Assembly: GCA_964634565.1 (NCBI GenBank)
Contig: CAZWLP010000004.1
Span: 21,921 to 85,920 of the forward strand
From: an uncultured Rikenellaceae bacterium
GTDB taxonomy: Bacteria; Bacteroidota; Bacteroidia; Bacteroidales; VadinHA17
Direction of reading: 5' to 3'
DNA: 64,000 nucleotides
The position numbers were made by a program, and so were the translations under genes. The notes beneath the pieces were generated by a model. That model was not told the origin of the DNA. It did no database searches and saw only the letters and a list, made by a program, of their open reading frames with translations. Positions 28,771-38,675 of the stretch are shown piece after piece. Positions within the stretch are counted from its first letter, which is position 1, and the number at the start of each line of letters is the position of its first letter.

Positions 28771-28787
28771 TGGCACAAATATAGTTT
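28771..28787 (+). promoter_or_regulatory. Candidate sigma-54 promoter (-24 TGGCAC perfect, -12 noncanonical) upstream of FtsX paralog 2
   Basis: TGGCACaaataTAGTTT lies 61 nt upstream of the ATG at 28837. The same TGGCAY-N7-GTTT spacing is seen at 40154. A perfect palindrome, CAACATATATGTTG, sits upstream at 28691-28704. Confidence 0.35.
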
Positions 28788-28836
28788 ACTATAAATTGAT
28801 AATATTTAGCATTACAAATTTTAGTAAGCAGTTAAC

Positions 28837-31146
28837 ATGGATTTACGAGTCTTTTATATAAATTTTCTGGTATTCTTAAAAGGTAACCTTGTGTCACTTG
28901 CGGGTCTGACCGTTGGTATGATGGTAACCGTCTTTTCAATTACTTATATAGTATTTGAATCATCCTACGATACATTTCACAGGGACTCAGAAAGGATTTA
29001 TCAGGTGTCAACCCAGATGGAGCGGCAGCCGGGTAATGGGGTTATTATGAGCAGCACTCATCAGCAGTTAAAGGAATATATCGATTTACACGTGCCACAG
29101 GTTGAAAAGACATGTCGTATTAAAAGTATAAATGATCCCATTTATGTTAATCAGGATAAATTCAGGGGCCAAAGAGGCCTTTATATTGACAGGGAGTTTT
29201 TTGAGGTATTTGATTTCACGATGCTGATTGGTAATGCTATGAGTATCGGGGAGCCTAATGCAATAATACTCACCAAGGATCTGGCTGAAAAACTATATGG
29301 TGATATTGACTGTCAGGGTAAGACCCTTATCATTAAGGATAATATCTACACTGTGACCGGTATCGCAAACAATCCTCCCGGTAATTCAAGTATAAAATTT
29401 GATTACCTGGTACCTATGGCAAATTTTTTTAATACTCTACCACCCTTATTTAACTTCGTAAGTGTTGAAACCTATATTAAATCTGTTCTGGAATTAAAAG
29501 ATATTAATCAGATAAGTGGGCTATTGGACGAATTCTATGAGCTTTATGATGTAAAGAGTAAGGATATTTTCTCAACTAAAGTCGGAAAGCTATCCGATAT
29601 TCACCAGTATTTCTATAAAACATCAAAGAACTATATACTGTTTGTAACTATTTCCCTTCTTGTTCTTATAGTGTCTGTTGTAAACTTCATGAATACGTTT
29701 GCTGCGGCTAAAGAGCTAAGAATAAGAGAAATAGGCATCAGGAAGGTCTTCGGTGCTTCCAGGGTCATTCTGATCAGGTCGATGCTGCTTCAATCGGTCA
29801 TATTAACTCTTTTATCCGCTATGCTCGGGATAATATTGTCGGAGATATTTATGGATACATTCCGGACACTTTCGGGGGTTGATGTAAGCCAGTATGGACC
29901 AGGATTATGGTGGATACAGGTACTTATTTTAATAATTGCGATAATAACAGGATTGCTGGCCGGGATATTTCCATCCTTAAGGTATTCCTCTTCGGATGTA
30001 ATAAGCATGATCAGGGCAAGCGCAGGTTTGCGCGGAGGATCCCTTACCATGAGAAAAATCCTGATTACGGGACAATATTTAATTTCAGCCGGGCTTCTGA
30101 TCTGTCTTATAATATTCTTTTTTCAGATCAGGTATCTTGGTAAGAAAGATCCCGGCTATATTTCGGAAAACAGAATGCTGATAGAAGTCTCACCTGTTCT
30201 TGAATTTAAGTATAATACTTATATAGGGGAATTAAGAAAGATACCCGGTATTGAGTCTATTTCCGGAAACGGATCTGCCTTTGGTCAGACTGTAGGTATG
30301 GGCATCAGGAAGGATGAAAAAGGGGAGGGCCTTTCATCATTGGGATATTTTGTCGAGGATGATTTTTTTAAAACTTATGGAATAGAAGTCCTGGCAGGTA
30401 AGACATTTTCTCAGACCTCGGAAGTGGATACAGGGAAAGTGATAATTGACAAAGCTACTGCTGAAATTTTTGGATTTGATAATCCAGTTGGTAAAAAGAT
30501 ATACACCTCATCACTTAAAGAGCTTGAAATACTGGGTGTTGTTGAGAATTCTGATTTAATTGCCCGCAAAGGGGAGAGGTATCCATTCCTGTATACTCAG
30601 TTTTATGATATATGCGCTGAACTGATAATTCACTATCAGGGGGATGCTGCCACAATTGCCAGGGAGGTGGCAGACAGGATGCTGGAGTTTGATCCTGAAT
30701 TTGAGTATAACTACAGGACGCTTGATGAGGCCAGAAAGACGCTGTACAAGTCTGAAACCAACCAGGTAAAGATTGTTTTATTTGTTGGTATTGTTGCTAT
30801 TCTGCTTACACTGGTTGGTGCTTATTCAATGGCGAGCTATATGGCTGAAAGAAGAGCCAGGCAGGTCAGTATAAGAAAAGTTATGGGAGCAACAGTTACC
30901 GAGGTACTGAAAATATCTGCCATAGAAATGACAGTGATGTTAACAGTTGCCTTTGTAATAGCGTCTCCAATAGCTTACTATATAAGCAATAAGTGGCTTC
31001 AGAATTTTACCGACAGGATCTCTGTCGGGATCTTACCATTCTTAATGGCTTTATTAATCCTTTTTGTACTTATCTTTTTTACGGTATACTTTAAAGAACG
31101 AAGGTCAGCTATGGCTAACCCGGTCGATAATCTAAGACAGGAATAA
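28837..31146 (+). CDS. Double FtsX/MacB-type ABC transporter permease (paralog 2)
   Basis: 769-aa ORF with the same TM, loop, 3 TM topology repeated twice. The C-terminus is FTVYFKERRSAMANPVDNLRQE. Confidence 0.85.
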   Translation: MDLRVFYINFLVFLKGNLVSLAGLTVGMMVTVFSITYIVFESSYDTFHRDSERIYQVSTQMERQPGNGVIMSSTHQQLKEYIDLHVPQVEKTCRIKSINDPIYVNQDKFRGQRGLYIDREFFEVFDFTMLIGNAMSIGEPNAIILTKDLAEKLYGDIDCQGKTLIIKDNIYTVTGIANNPPGNSSIKFDYLVPMANFFNTLPPLFNFVSVETYIKSVLELKDINQISGLLDEFYELYDVKSKDIFSTKVGKLSDIHQYFYKTSKNYILFVTISLLVLIVSVVNFMNTFAAAKELRIREIGIRKVFGASRVILIRSMLLQSVILTLLSAMLGIILSEIFMDTFRTLSGVDVSQYGPGLWWIQVLILIIAIITGLLAGIFPSLRYSSSDVISMIRASAGLRGGSLTMRKILITGQYLISAGLLICLIIFFFQIRYLGKKDPGYISENRMLIEVSPVLEFKYNTYIGELRKIPGIESISGNGSAFGQTVGMGIRKDEKGEGLSSLGYFVEDDFFKTYGIEVLAGKTFSQTSEVDTGKVIIDKATAEIFGFDNPVGKKIYTSSLKELEILGVVENSDLIARKGERYPFLYTQFYDICAELIIHYQGDAATIAREVADRMLEFDPEFEYNYRTLDEARKTLYKSETNQVKIVLFVGIVAILLTLVGAYSMASYMAERRARQVSIRKVMGATVTEVLKISAIEMTVMLTVAFVIASPIAYYISNKWLQNFTDRISVGILPFLMALLILFVLIFFTVYFKERRSAMANPVDNLRQE

Positions 31147-31236
31147 CATCAATATTATTAGTTTTTAAATTGAGTGCAAATTTCACGAAGACATCTTTGA
31201 TTTACCGATAAGTTTTTATTGTAAAAACAAGAAATT

Positions 31237-33540
31237 ATGACACTTCAAATTTTCTTTAGAATATTTCTCAGGAACCTGAAGGAAAGGCTAATACCCTTAA
31301 TAGGGCTTTCTGTAGCAATGATGGTAGTTGTATTCTCGATAAGTTATATCATTTTTGAGCTTTCTTACGATAAGTACCATCGGAATTCTGACAGGATCTA
31401 TACTGTTCAAATAAATATTAAGCATGAATCAGGGAAAGAAACTGTTTCATCATATACTTCCCATAATCTTTTTCACTACATTAATAACAGGATTCCTTTA
31501 GCTGAAGTTTCATGCAGAACTGTTTCGGTAACTGAAAACCTTAAGACAGGTAATGATATTTACAGGGATCAGAATGCACTGTATATTGATCCTGGTTTTT
31601 TTGAGATCTTTGATTTCAGGACACTTAAGGGGACAGTAGCCAGGATCAGTGAAACATCTGGAGCTATTCTCAGCGAAGGTACTTCGCAGAAGCTTTTTGG
31701 CATATCTGATCCTCTGGGTAATATAATTGAATTCCAGGGACGGATTTATGAAGTTATTGCAGTTGTATCTGATGCACCGGCAAATTCCAATATCAGTTTT
31801 GACATTCTGCTGCCTGCAGAAAATTATATGAAAGATAACGATCCTGGCAGATTCTTTCTTGCTGTTAAGACCTTTATTCTTACCACCAGAGTGCTTGATG
31901 ACTACAGTCTTATTGAGGATCAAATGACTGATTTTTACAGGGATATAGGGAATGAATCAACAAGCTGCAGGATTGTTCCATTAAGTGAGCTCCATCAAAA
32001 ACTCAGCAGAAGCTCTGAAAATTTCTGGGCCTTTATCCTTGTTTCTGCCCTGGTGCTATTTGTTTCGATCGTTAATTATATAAATATGTTTACTGCCTAC
32101 AGTGAAAAGAAACTAAGGGAATCCGGTATTAGGAGAGCATTGGGCAGCAGGAAATCAGAGCTCCTTAGAACACTGGTAGCTGAATCTATATTGACATGTG
32201 TGCTTGCTACAGTAACAGGTATGATTCTTTCCGAGCTTGGGATGAATTATTTCCGTAATCTTGCTGATATCAACATTAATCAGTATGGTCCCGGGCTTTT
32301 CAGGATACATATTATACTGGCCGGACTTGCTGTTATAATAGGTGCTATAGCAGGGTTAATTCCATCTTTACGAATTTCTGACAGAAATATTTCACTCCTT
32401 CTTAAAGGTAATAACATTACAGGCAGGTTGGGAATCCCGGCCAGGAAGATACTGCTTACTTTCCAGTTTGCCATTTCACTCGGGATAATTATATTTCTTA
32501 TTGTTGTTCTTATGCAGGTAAGATATCTTAATTATATAAGCCCGGGCTTTAATCCTGAAAACAGGCTTCTTATTCCTTTATCGCGAAGCCTGGCACTGAA
32601 GTATGAATCGTTTAGCAGTGAAATAAGTGCACTGCCGGGAGTAGAAAATGTAACTGCTAAAACAAGCCCTTTCGGATCTCAGTATGGTGCCGACATTAAA
32701 CTGACAAATAAAACAGGTGATGAGTGGATAAAAGCAACTGGGTTTAGTGTACACGATGGATTCTTTGAGACTATGGGTATGGAGATGTTGGAGGGAAAAA
32801 CCTTTGTTGAAATAAGTGGAAGGGACTCCAGCCTGTTTATTGTCGATGAAAATACTGCAGCCTTACTTGGTTTTGATAATGCTCTGGGCAAGTATATTAT
32901 GGATGATTTTGTATGGGGAGAAATAATAGGCGTGGTAAAGGAAGCTACCCTCTTACCATTGAGGGGAGAGCCTCGTCCGGTTATATATAACCAGATAAAG
33001 GATTATTACCGGGAATTGATCATTCATTACTCAGGTGATATAAGATCTCTTACATCTTCGGTCGGAGAAGTACTGCGTAAATTTGACAGTGAATATATAT
33101 TTGAATACCAAATGATGGATGAGGTCTTCAGGGGCTTTTACTCCAGGGAATTTAAGTTCTTCAGAATGATACTATGGTCGGGTATAATAGCGATAATCCT
33201 TTCACTTGCCGGTTCATACTCAATGTCTGTTTATCTGGCCGAGAGAAGAAGAAAAAGTGTTTGCATCAGAAAGATACATGGAGCATCAATCAAGGATGTT
33301 CTTCAGATGTCGGCCCGGGAACTTGTCTGGATGATTCTTTTTGCTTTTATATTTTCTTCGCCTGTATCGTACATTATTGGTATAAGATGGCTGGGTAATT
33401 ACTCAGAACATATTAATATTGGATTTATTCCTTTTATACTGGCATTGTTAATTCTATCTGTTATGGTATTTATGACAGTTTATTTTAAGGAACGACAATC
33501 AGCACTAGCTAATCCGGTCGATAATCTCAGGCAGGAGTAA
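31237..33540 (+). CDS. Double FtsX/MacB-type ABC transporter permease (paralog 3; closest to paralog 2)
   Basis: 767-aa ORF. The C-terminus MTVYFKERQSALANPVDNLRQE is nearly identical to that of paralog 2. Confidence 0.85.
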   Translation: MTLQIFFRIFLRNLKERLIPLIGLSVAMMVVVFSISYIIFELSYDKYHRNSDRIYTVQINIKHESGKETVSSYTSHNLFHYINNRIPLAEVSCRTVSVTENLKTGNDIYRDQNALYIDPGFFEIFDFRTLKGTVARISETSGAILSEGTSQKLFGISDPLGNIIEFQGRIYEVIAVVSDAPANSNISFDILLPAENYMKDNDPGRFFLAVKTFILTTRVLDDYSLIEDQMTDFYRDIGNESTSCRIVPLSELHQKLSRSSENFWAFILVSALVLFVSIVNYINMFTAYSEKKLRESGIRRALGSRKSELLRTLVAESILTCVLATVTGMILSELGMNYFRNLADININQYGPGLFRIHIILAGLAVIIGAIAGLIPSLRISDRNISLLLKGNNITGRLGIPARKILLTFQFAISLGIIIFLIVVLMQVRYLNYISPGFNPENRLLIPLSRSLALKYESFSSEISALPGVENVTAKTSPFGSQYGADIKLTNKTGDEWIKATGFSVHDGFFETMGMEMLEGKTFVEISGRDSSLFIVDENTAALLGFDNALGKYIMDDFVWGEIIGVVKEATLLPLRGEPRPVIYNQIKDYYRELIIHYSGDIRSLTSSVGEVLRKFDSEYIFEYQMMDEVFRGFYSREFKFFRMILWSGIIAIILSLAGSYSMSVYLAERRRKSVCIRKIHGASIKDVLQMSARELVWMILFAFIFSSPVSYIIGIRWLGNYSEHINIGFIPFILALLILSVMVFMTVYFKERQSALANPVDNLRQE

Positions 33541-33689
33541 GTTCCCGGCATATTTGTCTATAGATATAGAAATATATCTACCGATCGAATAAGGAGATAA
33601 TTTAATCTGAACTTTCAACCTATTTTCGATGGTTATCCAACATTTAGAAATACCTGTCGTCTTTTAGAAAACCAAAAAACCTATTATCT

Positions 33690-36035
33690 ATGTTTTCTAA
33701 ATATTTCCGTGATCTGTTGATGGGATTAAAAAGTTCAATAACAGCTTCACTGATAAGCATTATTGGACTGAGTGTCAGTATAGCTGTGTTTATATTTATT
33801 ATGCTCTATGTAAGTACAGAACTAAGAATAAACAGGAGTTTTCCGGAATATAATAATATTTACAGAATTTCCAGTGGTGACGGTACAGGCTTTCAGGGAA
33901 CTCCGGCCCGGCTTGGGGAAATACTTACTGATAATCTCCCTGAAGTTATTTCTTTTACCAGGGTTGATCCCGGTGGTACCAACCATGTTTTGAAGATCGA
34001 TAATGTTCCAATGCGAACAGGTAAACTAATATACGCTGACTCAAGCTTTTTTCGACTTTTTGCATTACCTTTTAAATACGGAGATCCCCTTACCTGCCTT
34101 AGTGATAAATATGATGTAGTTATAACAGAGAGCCTATCCGACAGGCTGTTTGGCAAAGCTTCGCCAGTTGGTAAAGTTGTAAAGCTGGATGGCAAATTCG
34201 ATGTCCGAATAACAGGTGTAATATATGATCCAGGGCAATCGACAAATATTGACGGAGACCTGTTTATCTCTTTTCACTCTATGCCAGAGATAAAAAACTG
34301 GCCTGATCTGTATGACTGTTATACATGCTATAATTACCAGACCTATCTGCTTCTGGCCGGGAATGCAGACCCGGATATAAGTACACAAAAGATTAATGAT
34401 GCCCTGGTATCTTATGGTAAGATGAATTCTATTCCGAGTCTTATTGACCACGAGTATTCTCTTACAGATATGCATGATGTTTACTTCGGACCGGAAGAGA
34501 GACCCGATTTTCGGAAAGGTAATTCACAGCAGTTGAGTATGCTTTCTCTGACAGCTTTGCTAATACTAATTATAGCGATTATAAATTATGTAAACCTGTC
34601 TACAGCGCAGGCAAGCTCAAGGCTCAGGCAGCTGGCTATCAGGAAGGTTATGGGTGCATCCAGAAAAATGCTTATTTCCAGCATTATAGGAGAAGCCATA
34701 ATTATTTCCATGCTGTCTTTACTTGCAGGGCTGCTGATAATGAAACTGGCCAGCCCGCTTTTTGTTAGAATTATGAATATAGATTTTAATATAGCTCTTT
34801 ATAGCGATCCAATTATTTTTCTGATATTTATTTTGGCAGGAGCAATAATAGGATTTCTGGCGGGACTATATCCTGCCCTGTCTGTTACAGGCTTCAGTAC
34901 CGCAAACTCTCTTAGTGCAAATATTAATGATTCTTTATCAGGAGGAAGGGTCAGAAAGGTGCTTACGGCATTACAGGTTTTTGTGTCAATAGTTTTAATA
35001 GGAAGTACAATAATAATTTATAAGCAGCTTTCTTACATTAATAATTACGACCTGGGCTTTGATAAGGAAGTACTTGTTTATTTACCTCTGAATGATGAGA
35101 TTCTTAATCGAAAACAGGCTTTCAGGGAAGAACTGCTTGCGCATAATGGTATTGATAATGTATCATATTCATACTCCAGTTACCGAACGAGTAATGAAAG
35201 GTGGACCTTTGAATTTAATGATAATGAGGCTGCCCTGCATATAGAAAATGTGGATGAATATTATCTTAATACATTGGGGCTTGAACTTTTTAGTGGCAGA
35301 GACTTCAGGGGAAGGCAGGATAGTCTGACAATTATTGTTAACCAGGAGGCATGTAAACAATATTTTGGAGATAATCCTGAAGGAACAATTATTGAAAGCC
35401 TCGGGGGTATGGAAATAATAGGTGTGGTCAGGGATTTCAGGTTTCTGACCTTCGACAGGGAGGTTGAACCCATAGGTCTTAAGTACAGACCAGATAGGGT
35501 AAGCCTTTGCAATATCAGGCTGTCAGGGGGCGAATTTACTCCAGCCCTGGAGCATATGGAAAAAACATGGAACGATTTCTGCCTGAATTATCCCTTTGAA
35601 TGTCATTTTGTTGATAAGCTTTATGAGGACAGATACATTAAATACAGGAGCGCAGGACGACTATTAGTATTGCTTTCGCTTATTACAGTTGTTATTGCAG
35701 GTCTTGGTATATTCGGACTGGCTTCTTATACTGTTTCAAAACGTTCAAAGGAAGTAGGTATAAGGAAGACAAACGGAGCCTCTATACCTGAAATAATAAT
35801 GGTTCTTACAGGCGATATTAACAGGATTGTTCTATGGTGTATTATCCCGGCGAGCCTGCTGATTTACTTTATTATGAGCCGCTGGCTTAACGGCTTTGCC
35901 TATCATATTTCTTTACCTTTTTTTGTTTTCCCTTTGTCTGTATTCTCAGTTTGGAGTATTGCTCTGATTTCAACTATTGGCAAGACAATCGTATTAGCCA
36001 GGATAAATCCTGTTGATGTCCTCCGAAGAGATTAA
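33690..36035 (+). CDS. Double FtsX/MacB-type ABC transporter permease (paralog 4)
   Basis: 781-aa ORF with the same topology. The C-terminus is RINPVDVLRRD. Confidence 0.85.
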   Translation: MFSKYFRDLLMGLKSSITASLISIIGLSVSIAVFIFIMLYVSTELRINRSFPEYNNIYRISSGDGTGFQGTPARLGEILTDNLPEVISFTRVDPGGTNHVLKIDNVPMRTGKLIYADSSFFRLFALPFKYGDPLTCLSDKYDVVITESLSDRLFGKASPVGKVVKLDGKFDVRITGVIYDPGQSTNIDGDLFISFHSMPEIKNWPDLYDCYTCYNYQTYLLLAGNADPDISTQKINDALVSYGKMNSIPSLIDHEYSLTDMHDVYFGPEERPDFRKGNSQQLSMLSLTALLILIIAIINYVNLSTAQASSRLRQLAIRKVMGASRKMLISSIIGEAIIISMLSLLAGLLIMKLASPLFVRIMNIDFNIALYSDPIIFLIFILAGAIIGFLAGLYPALSVTGFSTANSLSANINDSLSGGRVRKVLTALQVFVSIVLIGSTIIIYKQLSYINNYDLGFDKEVLVYLPLNDEILNRKQAFREELLAHNGIDNVSYSYSSYRTSNERWTFEFNDNEAALHIENVDEYYLNTLGLELFSGRDFRGRQDSLTIIVNQEACKQYFGDNPEGTIIESLGGMEIIGVVRDFRFLTFDREVEPIGLKYRPDRVSLCNIRLSGGEFTPALEHMEKTWNDFCLNYPFECHFVDKLYEDRYIKYRSAGRLLVLLSLITVVIAGLGIFGLASYTVSKRSKEVGIRKTNGASIPEIIMVLTGDINRIVLWCIIPASLLIYFIMSRWLNGFAYHISLPFFVFPLSVFSVWSIALISTIGKTIVLARINPVDVLRRD

Positions 36036-36077
36036 AATTAATTCTATTTTTAGTGATTCTATATTTTCTGTTTAATT

Positions 36078-37289
36078 ATGAAAGAACTACTTATTTCTCT
36101 GACGTTTATTATTACTTTTTCCTCATGTGCTGAGAGGAATGTTATTCCTGAAGATATAATTGATGATCTTCCCGGATCATACGAGAAGGTTCCTTTCAGG
36201 TATTACTCGGGTCGCGTATTGTTTGATGTTACTATATCAGACAGTATAAAAGCTAGTCTGCTGTTTGATACAGGTGGAGACAATTTTTACCTGGATAGCC
36301 TGTTCTTCGCAAACAGCTCGCTGAGATTCAAAAATATCGCGACAGCAAGAATAGGTGGTAATGGAGAAGGTCTTCAGCGTGCTGATATTATTATGGATAC
36401 TGCAGAGTTTATATTGGGAAGTAAAAGCTACTCAGACAGCCGTGTTCCAGTAATAAATGTTAAACCTATAACCGGACGCTTTGTTGATGGTATTATAGGA
36501 ACCGAGTTTTTCAGGGACAGGGCAATAGGCTTTAATTTTATTGAAGAGTATGCCGCGATATATGATTCACTAAATTATTCAGACTTCGAGGGATATATAA
36601 AACTGGACTTTGATTTTGTAAATAATAGGATACTTGTTCCGGCCAGGGTATTTGTTAATGAACTGGCAACAATAGATGGTAGTTTTATGATTGATATGGG
36701 AGGCTCAGGAACAGTTTCGATTATCAGGAAAATTGCGGAAGATAACAAGCTGAGTGAGATTATCAAAGATAAGGTTCAGGTAGATATATTAAATGGCGGT
36801 CTGGGTGGCAGAAGTTCCAGGTATGCTTTCGTATGTGATTCCATAGGCTTTGCCGGTTTTACCATTGATGCAGTGCCAATGTATTACTCAGTTGATAATA
36901 CGGGATCTCTTTCAGATCGAAATTATACAGGAATGATCTACAATGATATTCTCGACAGGTTTAATTTAATTATTGATTTTAAAGGTGAAGCTCTTTATCT
37001 GAAACCAAACAGAACTTTTGAAGAGAAATATTATCCCCGAAGACTTGGTTTTAAATGGGTCGACCGAACGGATATTACTGATGGATGGGTAGTAAATAGC
37101 ATATATATTGGTTCCGGGGCAGATATTGCCGGGCTAAAGCAGGGTGATGTTATTCTTAAAATTAACGGCACTTTGGTAGGGGAGGTAAGCCTTGAGAAAA
37201 TGAAAAGTATCGAGAGAACAGAAAATAGTATTAATATTAAAGTTGATAGGTCCGGGCAGATTCTTGAATTTTCCTTTAGACTTCTTTAA
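36078..37289 (+). CDS. Lipoprotein with two retropepsin-like aspartyl-protease lobes and a C-terminal PDZ domain
   Basis: Lipobox is ITFSSC. Lobe 1 has LLFDTGGDNFYL plus VDGIIGTEFF. Lobe 2 has FMIDMGGSGTVS plus YTGMIYNDILDRF. PDZ-like region is GLKQGDVILKINGTLVG. It begins 42 nt after FtsX paralog 4. Confidence 0.5.
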   Translation: MKELLISLTFIITFSSCAERNVIPEDIIDDLPGSYEKVPFRYYSGRVLFDVTISDSIKASLLFDTGGDNFYLDSLFFANSSLRFKNIATARIGGNGEGLQRADIIMDTAEFILGSKSYSDSRVPVINVKPITGRFVDGIIGTEFFRDRAIGFNFIEEYAAIYDSLNYSDFEGYIKLDFDFVNNRILVPARVFVNELATIDGSFMIDMGGSGTVSIIRKIAEDNKLSEIIKDKVQVDILNGGLGGRSSRYAFVCDSIGFAGFTIDAVPMYYSVDNTGSLSDRNYTGMIYNDILDRFNLIIDFKGEALYLKPNRTFEEKYYPRRLGFKWVDRTDITDGWVVNSIYIGSGADIAGLKQGDVILKINGTLVGEVSLEKMKSIERTENSINIKVDRSGQILEFSFRLL

Positions 37290-37340
37290 ATGAAAGCATT
37301 CGTTTTGGAATCAAGTAATACAATCGCTGCTTATCGATTT

Positions 37341-38675
37341 TCAGTTAAACACGATTGTAAAAACAGTCTCAGATCCTGGTTTCGATCTTACTCTTATGCT
37401 ACCATTATGCATTGCGATTATCTGTTTCGTAAGGCTTAGTCCTATACCGGATCCATTTTCGCGGGTCGTATAAAAAGGAATAAATATTTTATCCATGATT
37501 TCAGGACAAATACCCTTCCCTGAATCTCTGACTTCTATAAGCGTTTTACCTCTTTCATTCCTTGCTCCTATAATCTCTATCCTTTTTATTTTTGTGTCGG
37601 CAATTGCGTAAATAGAATTCTGAATAAGATTAATCAGTACCTGGCTGATGAGATCACGATCAATACGACATTTAAGATTTTCCGGTTTGCAATTAACAGA
37701 GAGTGTCACTCCGTCTGAGTATTTTTTGCCTGTAAAAAGAGACTTTACCTCATTAAGTAAATCCTTAATTATTGTATCCTCAAATACAGGTTCCGGGATT
37801 TTTGTTAATTTTTGATATGAATCCACAAATTTCATCAAGCCGTTACTTCTCCTGTCTATAGCATCAAATCCTTCTATAAGCTCATCCATGTCATTTTTAG
37901 AAACAGACTTTGCCATTCTGAGCCTCTTACCAAGTGTGCCTGATAAGGATTTAATAGGAGAAACAGAGTTCATGATCTCATGAGTAAGAACATTTATAAG
38001 TTTCTGCCATACAATTAGTTCTTCATCCTCAATCACTCCATGAATATTCTGAACAGTAATAAGACTCATATTGGCGTTTCCTTTCCTTAATAAGCTTTTT
38101 CTTGTTGCGAGACTTACTAACTCTCCCTTAATTACAGATCGGAATAATTTATTACTACCTGCTTCAAGCTGTCTGCAGAAAGAAGAAAAGCCTGAAGCAT
38201 ACTTATCAACAGAATCAAATTTACCGATTGTATCAATGCCAAATATTTCACGGGCAGTCCGGTTGATTAAGTCTATATTCCCATCTTCATCAAATACAAA
38301 CATTCCGGTACCTGATACATCAGCAAGGGATCTGAAATATTGGTAATCTTCCTCTTTTGATACTTTAACTCCCTGGATAATATCAATAATTTCATTATAA
38401 GTAATATTAAGTTGCTTATATGATTCACTATCATCCTTTTCCACTGCCCTTGAAGAATCCATATTTCTTATTGATTGAAGAAAGCTGTTTAAGCTTTTAT
38501 TTGTTCTGTTAACATAACTTATAAGCAAAATAATCATACTGACCCACAATATGCCTGTTGAGAATTTTGCAACCAGCAGGTAGTCCTGCCCCAGGGCCCA
38601 TAAAAAAAGAATACCTGTGAGGGAAATTAATATTACCAGTATAATGATCCTTGCTGTAAACCTGTTATATTCCAT
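37341..38675 (-). CDS. Sensor histidine kinase (2 TM minimal loop, PAS, HisKA, HATPase_c); paralog of 27294-28685
   Basis: H-box is LTHEIMNSVSPI. ATPase motifs are DSGKGICPE and GSGIGLSLTKQIIAMHNG. It overlaps the RR gene by 11 nt. Confidence 0.85.
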   Translation of the reverse strand: MEYNRFTARIIILVILISLTGILFLWALGQDYLLVAKFSTGILWVSMIILLISYVNRTNKSLNSFLQSIRNMDSSRAVEKDDSESYKQLNITYNEIIDIIQGVKVSKEEDYQYFRSLADVSGTGMFVFDEDGNIDLINRTAREIFGIDTIGKFDSVDKYASGFSSFCRQLEAGSNKLFRSVIKGELVSLATRKSLLRKGNANMSLITVQNIHGVIEDEELIVWQKLINVLTHEIMNSVSPIKSLSGTLGKRLRMAKSVSKNDMDELIEGFDAIDRRSNGLMKFVDSYQKLTKIPEPVFEDTIIKDLLNEVKSLFTGKKYSDGVTLSVNCKPENLKCRIDRDLISQVLINLIQNSIYAIADTKIKRIEIIGARNERGKTLIEVRDSGKGICPEIMDKIFIPFYTTRENGSGIGLSLTKQIIAMHNGSIRVRSKPGSETVFTIVFN

